IMG/VR virus record: IMGVR_UViG_3300033144_001879
Coordinates: 1-55,165 of that record
Source: a virus
Taxonomy: Duplodnaviria > Caudoviricetes
Reading direction: 5' to 3' (one strand)
Length of the DNA: 55,165 nucleotides
Made by a program: the position numbers and the translations under genes. Shown in pieces: positions 17,461 to 26,845 of the stretch (position 1 is the stretch's first letter; every line of letters starts with the position of its first letter). Under the pieces are notes generated by a model, which made no database searches, was not told the DNA's origin, and saw only the letters and a program-made list of their open reading frames with translations.

Positions 17461-18225
17461 ATGCCTGACGTAGATCTCAAAAGTCCAGAAGTAAAAGCGG
17501 CGATCGCGGAAGCAGTTAAAGAAGCAACCGGCGGATTGCAAAAGCAAATTGACACGGCGGTTTCGAAAGCGACCGAAGGTCTCAAGAGCAAAAACACGGA
17601 GTTGCTCGGAGAGGTAAAGAAATTTAAGACGAAGGCGTCGACAGTACCCGACGACTTCGACGTGAAAGCCTACGAAGAAATGTTGAAGGCTCAAACGGAC
17701 GCGGCGGAAGACGCGGCGAAACAAGCGGGCAAGTGGGACGAGTACAAAGCGGAATTGGTCGCGGAGCATAAGACGCGAGAAGCGGAGTTACTTCAGGGTA
17801 ACGAGAAGCTGAAAGCGCAACTCGAAAATGTTCTCGTCACGAACGAAATTATGGGCGCGATTGGACGCGCGAAAGGCAACTCTGATTTGTTGATGCCGCA
17901 CGTCCGAACGCAAGTGAAATTGATTGAAGAGAACGGCGAGCAAGTTGCTCGCGTGATCGACAAGGCCGGAAACGCAAGAATCTCCGGCGCGGAAGGCGAC
18001 TTCATGAACATTGAGCAATTGCTCGGTGAACTCAAAGAGTCGGAAACTTTCGCACCATGTTTTGAAGGCTCACGAGCGACAGGGTCGGGCGCGGGCGGAA
18101 GCGGAAGCGGCGGAGCCGGTGGTGATAATCCGTTTTCAAAAGACACGCTCAATCTTACCGAGCAAGCGAGATTGAAGCGCGTCGATCCGGTCGCGGCCGA
18201 ACGATTGAAAAAGGCGGCGGCATAA
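17461..18225 (+). CDS. Capsid scaffolding protein
   Basis: Coiled coil, LKSKNTELLGE, Gly-rich linker, NPFSKDTLNLTEQARL; upstream of the major capsid gene. Confidence 0.85.
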   Translation: MPDVDLKSPEVKAAIAEAVKEATGGLQKQIDTAVSKATEGLKSKNTELLGEVKKFKTKASTVPDDFDVKAYEEMLKAQTDAAEDAAKQAGKWDEYKAELVAEHKTREAELLQGNEKLKAQLENVLVTNEIMGAIGRAKGNSDLLMPHVRTQVKLIEENGEQVARVIDKAGNARISGAEGDFMNIEQLLGELKESETFAPCFEGSRATGSGAGGSGSGGAGGDNPFSKDTLNLTEQARLKRVDPVAAERLKKAAA

Positions 18226-18254
18226 ACTTTTTTAACCATTGAAGGACAAAGCAA

Positions 18255-19241
18255 ATGGCCGCTACAAAAATTTCAGACATCATCGTTCCCGATGTCTTCG
18301 ATCCATATGTAACCGAGAAAACGGCCGAACTGACCGAATTATTTCTCGGTGGCATCATCAACCACGATCCGCAGTTCGACGAGCTTGCGAGTTCGGGCGG
18401 CACTATTTTGCAAATGCCGTTCTTCACTGATTTGACCGGAGCCGACGAAGTTCTCGCCGACGATGGTTCATTGACGGCGGGCGCAATCGGGACCGGTAAA
18501 GATCAAGCGCGGATGCACTTACGCGGCCGAGCTTGGGGCGTTAACGATTTGGCGAAAGCTTTGTCGGGCGAAGATCCAATGCGAGCAATCGCGGATCTCG
18601 TTTCTACTTATTGGGCGCGACGTTTTCAAGACGTCCTGATCGCTTCCTTGAAGGGTTGCTTTCTTGACGACGCCGGAGACGACGACGACATGAGTGTCGA
18701 CATTTCTCAGGCCGAAGGCTCGACTGCTGACGCAACCAATTGGATTGGTCCGGCCGGCGTAATTGCCGCCGCCGGTACACTCGGCGACGCCGCCGGTAAA
18801 CTCACCGCGATTGCAATGCATAGCGTCTGCTATCAGCGCTTGCAATTGCTCGAAGTGATTATCTACGAGCGTCCAGCCGGAACCAACATCAAGATTCCGT
18901 ATTACCTCGGTTATCGCGTGTTGGTCGATGACAATATGCCCGTTGTTGCTGGTGGAACCGATGGCTTCGTTTACACGTCGTATCTGTTTGGCGAAGGTGC
19001 GTTCGGATTCGGTCAAGGCTCCGCGCCAGTACCGAGTGAGACCGATCGCGATTCGTTGGCCGGTGAAGACTATCTCATTACGCGCAATCACTACATCATG
19101 CACCCTCGCGGTTATGCATGGGTAGAGACGACCGTAACGGGCGAGTCTCCGACGAATGTCGAGGCCGCTCTCGCCGTGAACTGGAATCGCGTCTATACGC
19201 GAAAGAACGTTCGTTTTGCTCAACTGAAGACGAACGGCTAG
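18255..19241 (+). CDS. Major capsid protein
   Basis: TKISDIIVPDVFDPYV, MPFFTDL, RGRAWGVNDLA, MHS, YLGYRVLVDD, MHPRG. Confidence 0.92.
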   Translation: MAATKISDIIVPDVFDPYVTEKTAELTELFLGGIINHDPQFDELASSGGTILQMPFFTDLTGADEVLADDGSLTAGAIGTGKDQARMHLRGRAWGVNDLAKALSGEDPMRAIADLVSTYWARRFQDVLIASLKGCFLDDAGDDDDMSVDISQAEGSTADATNWIGPAGVIAAAGTLGDAAGKLTAIAMHSVCYQRLQLLEVIIYERPAGTNIKIPYYLGYRVLVDDNMPVVAGGTDGFVYTSYLFGEGAFGFGQGSAPVPSETDRDSLAGEDYLITRNHYIMHPRGYAWVETTVTGESPTNVEAALAVNWNRVYTRKNVRFAQLKTNG

Positions 19242-19268
19242 TCGAGGCGATTGGTTTGGTTTGAACTT

Positions 19269-19307
19269 GAAGGCGGCGTTCTCATTTTGGGAGCGTCGCC
19301 TTTTCTT
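19269..19307 (+). terminator. Intrinsic terminator after the major capsid gene
   Basis: AAGGCGGCGTTCTCA/TGGGAGCGTCGCCTT stem followed by T-rich tail. Confidence 0.75.
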
Positions 19308-19330
19308 CACTACAAAGGGAAGACAAGATC

Positions 19331-19501
19331 ATGAGTGTTACCGCATTTAATCGTCAACGACGTGACGTTGCCGCGAGAGCCGCGAGCGAAGTTCCGGCCG
19401 AAGTTGAGGTCGTCGAAGAAGTTGTCGAGCCCGAAGTTGAAGTCGAGCCCGAAGTTGAAGTCGAGCCCGCTCCGAAGACGCGCAAGAAGAAAAAGAAATG
19501 A
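19331..19501 (+). CDS. Small acidic/basic protein (56 aa; not in ORF track)
   Basis: MSVTAFNRQRR...(VEPEVE)n...KTRKKKKK; AAGGGA RBS; ATGA overlap. Confidence 0.65.
   Translation: MSVTAFNRQRRDVAARAASEVPAEVEVVEEVVEPEVEVEPEVEVEPAPKTRKKKKK
19423..19469 (+). repeat. 18-bp tandem repeat GTCGAGCCCGAAGTTGAA (about 2.5 copies)
   Basis: Read directly; in frame, encodes VEPEVE. Confidence 0.85.
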
Positions 19502-19749
19502 TCGTTTGTTTCTGGGCGGAAACGAAAGCCGGCATCGCCGAGCTTTACGAAGATCCGCCAAACGTTCCCGCCGGTGCGTCGATTACATGGCGAACGGCTG
19601 GCTCGTATCAAGGTCCGGTCGGGCATTATTGTTTTGCGCCTGATCACCCGGACATCGAAGAGGGATACCGCGAGGCGAAGCTTCGCGTTTTGAAGAAAGA
19701 AGAAGACGTCGTCGACACTCCCGTCGCCGACGAGAACCCCGAGGGTTAA
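19498..19749 (+). CDS. Hypothetical protein
   Basis: Overlapping start. Confidence 0.65.
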   Translation: MIVCFWAETKAGIAELYEDPPNVPAGASITWRTAGSYQGPVGHYCFAPDHPDIEEGYREAKLRVLKKEEDVVDTPVADENPEG

Positions 19750-19754
19750 AGGCT

Positions 19755-19955
19755 ATGGATCAAGGTAAGAAAGACGTCTTAACGCGCCATTTTTCGAAAG
19801 AAGATCTCGAAGCAATGGACGCGGACGAACTGAACGAACTTATTCGATCGGCTCCGCCGGGTGCGCAGTTTCACGCGAAGGCAGTTGTTCGAAAAGCAGA
19901 CGGAACGATCAAGTACGACGATCCGTCGAAGGCGGGTTCTTATGGCGAACTCTAA
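19755..19955 (+). CDS. Hypothetical protein
   Basis: RBS; operon packing. Confidence 0.7.
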   Translation: MDQGKKDVLTRHFSKEDLEAMDADELNELIRSAPPGAQFHAKAVVRKADGTIKYDDPSKAGSYGEL

Positions 19956-20139
19956 AAAGAAAGTTCGCAAGAAGGGACAAACCGCGAAGCAAGTTCTTCA
20001 GACGCACGACAAATTGAAGAGCGCATTCGAAGAAACTCAAACGAATTTCTCCGAGGCGCAAGCGGCGCTCAAAAGCGCAAAGTCTGAACTCGTCGCTTTT
20101 CGTGAAAGGTTTGGCGGGATCGTAAAACTTTTCGAATAG
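19942..20139 (+). CDS. Small coiled-coil protein
   Basis: GGAG RBS is absent but overlap with the upstream gene and packing fit; MANSKKKVRKK... Confidence 0.55.
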   Translation: MANSKKKVRKKGQTAKQVLQTHDKLKSAFEETQTNFSEAQAALKSAKSELVAFRERFGGIVKLFE

Positions 20140-20152
20140 AGGAATTTGCAAC

Positions 20153-20524
20153 ATGAGTATTGTTCTCGAAACGGCAGTAAAAAACACGCTCGGCGACGCG
20201 CTCGACGGTGCGGTCAATGTAGGGTCGGGAACGGCTCAACTGATCTTCGAGACATCGGGAGACGTTGAGGTCGCGGCGATCGATTTACAGAATCCCGCGT
20301 TTGGTAACTCGGCGGCCGGCGTCATAACTTTGGCCGGTGTACCGCTCTCGGATACGGATGCGGACGGTGGAACGGTCGCGCAGTTCTCGATCTATGATCG
20401 TGACGCAACGAAGATCCTCGAAGGCGTCGTCGCTGTTTCTGGCGAAGACATGGATCTTTCTAGTCTGTCGGTTGGTGTCGGTGACACCGTCGAGTTGACG
20501 AGCTTCACGATTACAGTTCCTTAG
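20153..20524 (+). CDS. Small beta-sandwich virion protein (putative fibre subunit)
   Basis: GAGG RBS; KNTLGDA...PAFG.SAAG.IT...GTVAQFSIYD...GDTVELTSFTITVP. Confidence 0.75.
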   Translation: MSIVLETAVKNTLGDALDGAVNVGSGTAQLIFETSGDVEVAAIDLQNPAFGNSAAGVITLAGVPLSDTDADGGTVAQFSIYDRDATKILEGVVAVSGEDMDLSSLSVGVGDTVELTSFTITVP

Positions 20525-20655
20525 CCGGAGCGCTTAATCGTCACGGTAACAATCGGCGCGGCATTTGCCGCGCCGATCTTGTGACACAAATTTAATTCTC
20601 GCCGGCTCGCGTTCAAGTTCGACTCGTTGTCGGCTTCGTAACGGAGTGAACGACA

Positions 20656-21267
20656 ATGGCGATCGAATTCTTCTTCGTACCAATCGACCCGGTTGCACCC
20701 GGTGGATTCGGTAATACCCGATTCAAAGTTAAATATTGGGATGACGACGCGGTCTCTTCTCAGGGATCGCAACGCTATTCGTGGGACACGTCCGCGCTTT
20801 TGATGTTGGACGCGACGCAAGTCTATCTCGATTTCGTTGCGGCTCAATCGGACACGTTGCGCTTTTGCGCTCTCGAAGATTTGTCGGAAAGAGTGGGCGG
20901 ACCGGCAAGCAACGAGATTAAAAACTGGCTCGATCCGTTGGGCGTTCCCGTAAATTGGGTTAACGCTAATACGTCTTATCGGGAAGTGTTGCGCGGCATC
21001 TTTGGGATGTTCAAATTTACTCAAGTCCACGAGCAACTGAACGAGAAAGGTTTCTTCACCGACTTAACGTCGCCGGAGAATGGCTTTAGTCTCAACACGC
21101 AATGGCAGAACTTGAGTCAAGAATTCAGGGACACCATGCAACTGACGATCGATCACTATGGGTGGCCCGATGTGCCGGCTCCGAATGATCAGGTGCGCAA
21201 GATCCTCAAAGATTTTTCCGACAAGTTCGAGGGCACTGTCATGTCCGTGTGCGGTGTTTGGATCTAG
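20656..21267 (+). CDS. Hypothetical protein
   Basis: GGAG RBS; 203 aa. Confidence 0.75.
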   Translation: MAIEFFFVPIDPVAPGGFGNTRFKVKYWDDDAVSSQGSQRYSWDTSALLMLDATQVYLDFVAAQSDTLRFCALEDLSERVGGPASNEIKNWLDPLGVPVNWVNANTSYREVLRGIFGMFKFTQVHEQLNEKGFFTDLTSPENGFSLNTQWQNLSQEFRDTMQLTIDHYGWPDVPAPNDQVRKILKDFSDKFEGTVMSVCGVWI

Positions 21268-21271
21268 TTAA

Positions 21272-22840
21272 ATGAGTTACGGCGACAAACGTCAATTAGA
21301 AATTTCGGATAACTTCGATACCGAAATCGATTCGGGTGTCTGGTCGATTGGTCCGGGCGATTGGGGCGCTTACATTTGGGTGTCCGGCGGGTACATCAAT
21401 TGCTTCGACGAAGATGAAAGTTGCGCGATTGTCTTTACTGATTTCACTCCGAGCGATGATCAGTGGGCGAAGACGACCGTCAATAGCCAAGATTCGAGCG
21501 GTTCCTACATAAGCGCGGATACGCGGCATCAATCGAGCGAAGCGGTTTACACGGCGACCGCATCGTCAGAAGACGGCGATTACCAACTTTACGAATTCAC
21601 GAGTGGAATCGGCGGCGGCATCATTGCGTCGACGAGCGCGGGCGGAGAAATCCCGTTCGGTTCTGGCGACTTCATTCTTCTTGAAAGCGAAGGCGACTTG
21701 CATCGCGTCGGAAGTAACGCGGGCGGATCGGACGAAGAAAAATTCAATCACACCGACACTACGCTTTCGAGTGGCGAGATCGGTATAAGTGGATACGAGA
21801 GCGATAGCGCGTCGTCGTCTGATATTACGGCGTTCGAAGGCGGATCACTTGCGGAAGACTCGGGCGAAACCGCGAGCGGATCTCCGACACTCGGCGGCTT
21901 GACGTCTTCGGGTTCCGCCGAGATTAAAGTTATAGAACAAGCGAGCGGATCTCCGACGCTTTCCGGGTTAACGTCGAGCGGTGCTTCAGTCGTGAAGAAG
22001 ATCGCAAGCGCCGCCGTTGTCATTGCCGCGTTGACGAGCGTCGGGTCTTCGGTCGTCGAGAAGATCGCGAGCGGATCCCCAACACTCGACGCGCTCACTT
22101 CCGCCGGCGTCTCTGAAATCATTCGGTCGGCAAGTGGAACGCCGACACTCGATTCGATTACGTCGTCCGGCGTCGCCGAGATCTCGAAGCGCGCGAACGC
22201 GATTGCGATACTCGATCCGATTACGTCCGCCGGCGTATCAACGACCGGAAGAAAGGCGAGCGGATCTCCGACACTGGACTCGATAACCTCGGCCGGAGCC
22301 GGCAAACTCGGATGGAAGGCTTCGGGCTCTCCGACTCTCGGCGCGTTAACATCGGCCGGCGATGCGGAGATTAAAAAGGTTGCAAGCTCAAGCGCCACAA
22401 TTGACGCATTAACGGCGGCGGGTGTTGCGAACGTCAAGAAGTCCGCGAGCGGATCTCCGACAATTGACGCATTAACTTCGGCCGGCGATGCGGAGCCGCG
22501 AAAAATATCGAGCGGCGCTCCGACGCTTTCTTCGATTACTTCCGCCGGCGTTTCGGCGATACTGAAAGAAGCGGCCGGATCTCCGTTGATCGATGCTCTC
22601 GTTTCGAGTGGTGTCGGCGAAGTCAAAAAGATTGCGAGCGGATCTCCGACGTTGGCCTCGGTGACGTCCGCCGGCGAAGCCGAAGTGAAGAAGTTCTCAA
22701 GCGGCGGCGTTACACTTCAACCGATAACGTCCGCCGGTTTTGCGCAAGCGACGAGCGTCACGATTACGTCGGTCGGCATCGATGAGAATTGGCAAGACGG
22801 CGAAAGCGGAATCGAGATCGTCGGAACCGGGTTCGTCTAA
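21272..22840 (+). CDS. Fibre-like protein A: acidic beta-rich N-domain plus 14 x 21-aa repeats
   Basis: ASGSPTLxx(L/I)TSxG repeats counted in the translation. Confidence 0.85.
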   Translation: MSYGDKRQLEISDNFDTEIDSGVWSIGPGDWGAYIWVSGGYINCFDEDESCAIVFTDFTPSDDQWAKTTVNSQDSSGSYISADTRHQSSEAVYTATASSEDGDYQLYEFTSGIGGGIIASTSAGGEIPFGSGDFILLESEGDLHRVGSNAGGSDEEKFNHTDTTLSSGEIGISGYESDSASSSDITAFEGGSLAEDSGETASGSPTLGGLTSSGSAEIKVIEQASGSPTLSGLTSSGASVVKKIASAAVVIAALTSVGSSVVEKIASGSPTLDALTSAGVSEIIRSASGTPTLDSITSSGVAEISKRANAIAILDPITSAGVSTTGRKASGSPTLDSITSAGAGKLGWKASGSPTLGALTSAGDAEIKKVASSSATIDALTAAGVANVKKSASGSPTIDALTSAGDAEPRKISSGAPTLSSITSAGVSAILKEAAGSPLIDALVSSGVGEVKKIASGSPTLASVTSAGEAEVKKFSSGGVTLQPITSAGFAQATSVTITSVGIDENWQDGESGIEIVGTGFV

Positions 22841-22856
22841 TTGGAGTGTTCGAAAA

Positions 22857-23204
22857 ATGAGTGACTTTGACAATAGAAATTTTCCCGACGCGGTCGACTC
22901 CGACGACGTTGGTTGGATGATCGTTGAATGGCGAATCGAGCGCGACCGGAAGCGGTGCGAAGATTGCGGCGGCGATTACTCGCTTTACTCGTCGCAGTTC
23001 GAAGACTTGCCGAAGGGAACGACGGCGGAACAGGCTCGAAGAATGCTTCGGCGATACGTGAAGAATCGCCGGGAACATATTTCGACGAGTTGCGACGGAC
23101 CGATTAGAACTTCTCTTTTCTTGTTGCGCGTCGATCGTGTCGCAAACATAACAGACGACGAGAACAATTTATTTGATGACGTCGAGGTCGTGAATCATGT
23201 CTGA
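22857..23204 (+). CDS. Hypothetical protein (CxxC)
   Basis: GGAG RBS; CEDCGG. Confidence 0.6.
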   Translation: MSDFDNRNFPDAVDSDDVGWMIVEWRIERDRKRCEDCGGDYSLYSSQFEDLPKGTTAEQARRMLRRYVKNRREHISTSCDGPIRTSLFLLRVDRVANITDDENNLFDDVEVVNHV

Positions 23205-24006
23205 TTGGCTTTCAAATGGTGGATGCGTAAACGGGATCCGCTTCGCGGCGGACGGAGCCGGCGCGGGCGCGCGCGATTGGGTCGGAGACGTAGACGAAGC
23301 CGCTCAGTTCACAGACGCCGAGACGATCATCGTTGCGATTCCGTTTGATTCCGACGACATGAACGCAATCGACGGCGACTTTTCTCTCGACTGGAAGAAC
23401 GTTAGCGACGCGGGATCTTTTGCGGCGCTCTCGGGTTCCGGTGAATTGGTACTCGGAACGGTGTCGGATCTCGTAAACGGGAACGCCGTCGTCGAGGCCG
23501 AAGCGAACGGTTCGGAGAACTGCTCGGGAATGGGTGTCACTCGAATGGATGGTGTCGAGCGCGAGAATGCGAATTCCGTCTCAATGTCGGCGGTCGCGTC
23601 GAAGCGAGTTTTTGATCTTCATTGGGCGGTTGATTTGTCCGGCGCGGACGGAGCGAACGGCGACGAGTATCAATTTCGCGTGTCTGAAAACGGCTCGAAT
23701 TCTTACAAGGAATTCTCGGCATATATTACGGTCGTGACCGCCGGCAAGATCGACGGGATCACGAAAAACAAAGATCGAAGCGCGGCGGTCGGCGGCGTTA
23801 CCGTTTCGGCGTATCGATCCGATGAAGCCGGCTCCGATCCGAAGCCGATCGGCTCGCTTGTTTCGCAAGTTGTATCACACGCTTCGACCGGCGTTTATTC
23901 TTTAACCGGTTTAATCTCCGGCGCGAAATATTTTCTTCATGCCTACAAAGACGATACGGCGGACGTGTCCGACGGAACTGGCGAAGTGACCGCCGTCGAC
24001 GTGTAA
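23197..24006 (+). CDS. Virion protein with C-terminal carboxypeptidase-regulatory / prealbumin-like domain
   Basis: GKIDGITK...GVTVSAYR...STGVYSLTGL..GAKYFLHA. Confidence 0.75.
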   Translation: MSDWLSNGGCVNGIRFAADGAGAGARDWVGDVDEAAQFTDAETIIVAIPFDSDDMNAIDGDFSLDWKNVSDAGSFAALSGSGELVLGTVSDLVNGNAVVEAEANGSENCSGMGVTRMDGVERENANSVSMSAVASKRVFDLHWAVDLSGADGANGDEYQFRVSENGSNSYKEFSAYITVVTAGKIDGITKNKDRSAAVGGVTVSAYRSDEAGSDPKPIGSLVSQVVSHASTGVYSLTGLISGAKYFLHAYKDDTADVSDGTGEVTAVDV

Positions 24007-24009
24007 ATT

Positions 24010-26490
24010 ATGGCGGACCCGATTCAAAACTTTGCGTTGAGAACCGAAGCCGAGAAAGGCTCCGGGGATCCGCAAGACTTATCGCTTCGGAACGAAGCCG
24101 AGAAAGAAGAGTCGGGCGGCGGTGCGGATGAAACGGCGAGCGGTTCGCCTACGCTTGGCGGATTGACTTCGAGCGGAACCGCCGAGATCGAAAAACAAGC
24201 AAGCGGATCTCCGACGCTCGGCGGACTCACTTCGGGCGGAGCGTCGAAAGTTGTTCGGGCGGCGATCGGTGCGGCGACTTTGGCGGCGATTGTGGTCGCC
24301 GGCGTGTCCGTCGTCAGTCGCCCTGCAAGCGGTTCTCCGGCACTTTCTCCGATTACGTCTCAAGGTATAGGCGTAATTCGAAAGGTCGCGAGCGGTACAC
24401 CGACGCTTGCTCCGCTCACGTCCGCCGGCTCCGGTGAGATTATCAAGTCCGCGTCGGGATCTCCGACGATTTTGGCGATCACTTCGACGGGTGCGGTCGA
24501 GATCATCAAGCCGGCTTCGGGATCCCCGACGTTGGATCCGATCACGTCGACCGGCGCTTCGGTCTTGGGTGTTGAGAAGACGGCGAGTGGATCTCCGACG
24601 CTTGAATCTCTGACGTCTTCGGCTTCGTCATTCATTTGGCCGCGCGTCTATTTGAACACGACTCCGACGCTCTCCGGTGCGGTCGAAATGCTCGTGACGG
24701 ATGCGAGCGCGGACGGAACATCAATCGAGTTCACGGATCCGATCGGAGCGCCACTCGGGGCCGCTTGGCTCGGCGTCGAAAACCAAAATAATCACGACAT
24801 CGGATGGATTGCCGTTGTCGTCGGCGACGACAAGACCGCGAGCGGAGCGGCGACACTTCAAGCAATCGTTTCGGCGGGTGCGTCGAAGATCGTCAAGCCG
24901 GCGAGCGGTGCTTCGGTATTGCCGGCGCTTATCTCGACCGGCGTCACCGAGGTTGAGAAACGGGCGAGCGGGTCGAGTGTACTTCAAGCGATCACGTCGA
25001 CCGGTAACGGTGAAGTCGAGAAGCAAGCGAACGGAGCGTCGACGCTTCAAGCGATTGTTTCTTCCGGTGTCTGTGAAATCGAAAAACAGGCAAGCGGCGC
25101 GGCGATACTTTCCGCCATTATTTCGAGCGGCGATTGTGAGGTCGTCAAGGTTGCGTCCGGCGCTTCAGTACTTCAGGAAATCACGAGCGCGGGCGATAGT
25201 GCGACGGGAAGAGAAGCGAGCGGCGCGTCGGTGCTTCAGTCGATTACGTCGAGCGGCGTTTCGAATATTGAAAAGCCGGCGAGCGGATCTCCGAGTTTAT
25301 CTCCGATCACGTCTTCGTCCGTTGCTTCGATCAAAAAGATTGCGAGTGGATCCCCGGTACTCGATGCGATCGTCTCGGCCGGTCTCTCTGAAATCATCGC
25401 AGTTGCGAATGCGACCGCGACACTCCAACCGATCACGAGTTCGGGTGTTGCTGAAGTAATCGGAGTCGCAACCGCCGGCGGCGGCGCGATACTTCAACCG
25501 ATCACGAGCGCGGGCGACTCTGAAATCATCAAGCCGGCGAGCGGCGATGCGACGCTTTCCGCGATTATCTCCGACGGTTCGGCCGATCTTGCCGGTAAAC
25601 TTACGGCGAGCGGCGGACCGGTTCTCGATCCGATCACGTCGGCGGGTGTTGCCGGCAAGGAATCTTCGGCGGCCGGCGCTTCGACATTGCAACCGATCAC
25701 GTCGGCGGGTGTTGCTGAAGACATTCGGAAGGCGAGCGGCGCTTCGGTTCTCGACGCGATCACTTCGAGCGGTGTTTCGTCTCGACAAGAGATCGCGAGC
25801 GGAGCGTCTTCACTTCAAGCGATAACTTCCGCCGGTGTTGCGGAGCGAACACTCGTCACGAGTGGATCCCCGAGCTTGTCGCCGATTACATCGGGCGGCA
25901 ATGCAACGGCGAAGAAGAAAGCAAGCGGAGCGCCTTCGCTCGATCCAATTACGTCCGCCGGTACTGCGACGACCGAAGAGCCGCCGAAGCAAGCGAGCGG
26001 AGCGCCGACACTTCAGGCTCTCACGTCCGCCGGTGTTGCGGAGCGCAAAGCAATCGCGAACGGCGCGGGGATTCTTTGGGAACTTTATTCGGCCGGAGAC
26101 GCGAACGACATTCAAGTCGCTTCGAGCGCGGCTTCGCTTCAACCGATAACGTCGAGCGGATCTTCGAGGATCGTCAAAGACGCCGACGCGTTTGCGACAT
26201 TGGATCCAATAACCTCGGCCGGTGTTGCCGGACTGAAGTTGACATCGAGCGCCGCGATTACGTTGCCCGCTCTTATTTCGAGCGGCGTCGTTGTCAATCT
26301 CGACGCGCCGAGAACGCCGTCGGTCGAGGTTACTGCGAACGTCGACGGAACCGAGATCGAGGTTCTCACCGAAGAGAACGTCGAAGTCGGCGCGCTTGTT
26401 TCGGATCTTCTCGATATACTGACCGAGTCAAGTGTCGAAGTTGATGCGCGAGTTTCGCCGCTTAATCTTAACGGCTACATGGACACATAA
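24010..26490 (+). CDS. Fibre-like protein B: about 31 x 21-aa repeats interrupted by a partial Ig-like insert
   Basis: 8 repeats, insert, then 23 repeats; paralogous to 21272..22840. Confidence 0.85.
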   Translation: MADPIQNFALRTEAEKGSGDPQDLSLRNEAEKEESGGGADETASGSPTLGGLTSSGTAEIEKQASGSPTLGGLTSGGASKVVRAAIGAATLAAIVVAGVSVVSRPASGSPALSPITSQGIGVIRKVASGTPTLAPLTSAGSGEIIKSASGSPTILAITSTGAVEIIKPASGSPTLDPITSTGASVLGVEKTASGSPTLESLTSSASSFIWPRVYLNTTPTLSGAVEMLVTDASADGTSIEFTDPIGAPLGAAWLGVENQNNHDIGWIAVVVGDDKTASGAATLQAIVSAGASKIVKPASGASVLPALISTGVTEVEKRASGSSVLQAITSTGNGEVEKQANGASTLQAIVSSGVCEIEKQASGAAILSAIISSGDCEVVKVASGASVLQEITSAGDSATGREASGASVLQSITSSGVSNIEKPASGSPSLSPITSSSVASIKKIASGSPVLDAIVSAGLSEIIAVANATATLQPITSSGVAEVIGVATAGGGAILQPITSAGDSEIIKPASGDATLSAIISDGSADLAGKLTASGGPVLDPITSAGVAGKESSAAGASTLQPITSAGVAEDIRKASGASVLDAITSSGVSSRQEIASGASSLQAITSAGVAERTLVTSGSPSLSPITSGGNATAKKKASGAPSLDPITSAGTATTEEPPKQASGAPTLQALTSAGVAERKAIANGAGILWELYSAGDANDIQVASSAASLQPITSSGSSRIVKDADAFATLDPITSAGVAGLKLTSSAAITLPALISSGVVVNLDAPRTPSVEVTANVDGTEIEVLTEENVEVGALVSDLLDILTESSVEVDARVSPLNLNGYMDT

Positions 26491-26494
26491 GAAC

Positions 26495-26836
26495 ATGACA
26501 ACCGAAATCAAATATTATCGAAATGATACCGCCGTGATTCGCGTCACCATTCGAAGTCGTTCGACTTTGGAACCGATCGACATTACTGCGAAAGAATTAC
26601 TCTTGACTGTCGATCCCTCGGAGAACCCCGAAGACGACTCGTCGAATCTCGTTCAACTTACCGGCGCGATCGAAGATGCGGCGGGCGGAGTTGCGACGTT
26701 TACGCCGGACTCTGACGACATGGACTTCGATCCCGGTTCGTATTGGTACGACGTACAAATTCAAGACTCCGGCGGAACGAATCGTCGAACCGTTGTGAAA
26801 GGTGTCTTCACGCATCAACAAGACATCACGAAATAG
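26495..26836 (+). CDS. BppU-N-like Ig-fold virion protein
   Basis: RNDT...PIDIT...DAAGGVATF...GSYWYDVQI...TVVKG...DIT. Confidence 0.75.
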   Translation: MTTEIKYYRNDTAVIRVTIRSRSTLEPIDITAKELLLTVDPSENPEDDSSNLVQLTGAIEDAAGGVATFTPDSDDMDFDPGSYWYDVQIQDSGGTNRRTVVKGVFTHQQDITK

Positions 26837-26845
26837 GAAAAGATA

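Noticed and set aside
20595-20640. GTTCGACTC as a tRNA T-loop
   Set aside because: No D arm, anticodon arm or acceptor stem could be built around it
21872-26290. 63-bp-period GCGAGCGGATCTCCGAC recurrences as a CRISPR array or DGR repeats
   Set aside because: Degenerate at synonymous positions and in frame in long ORFs; no cas or reverse transcriptase gene; no adenine-specific variation seen
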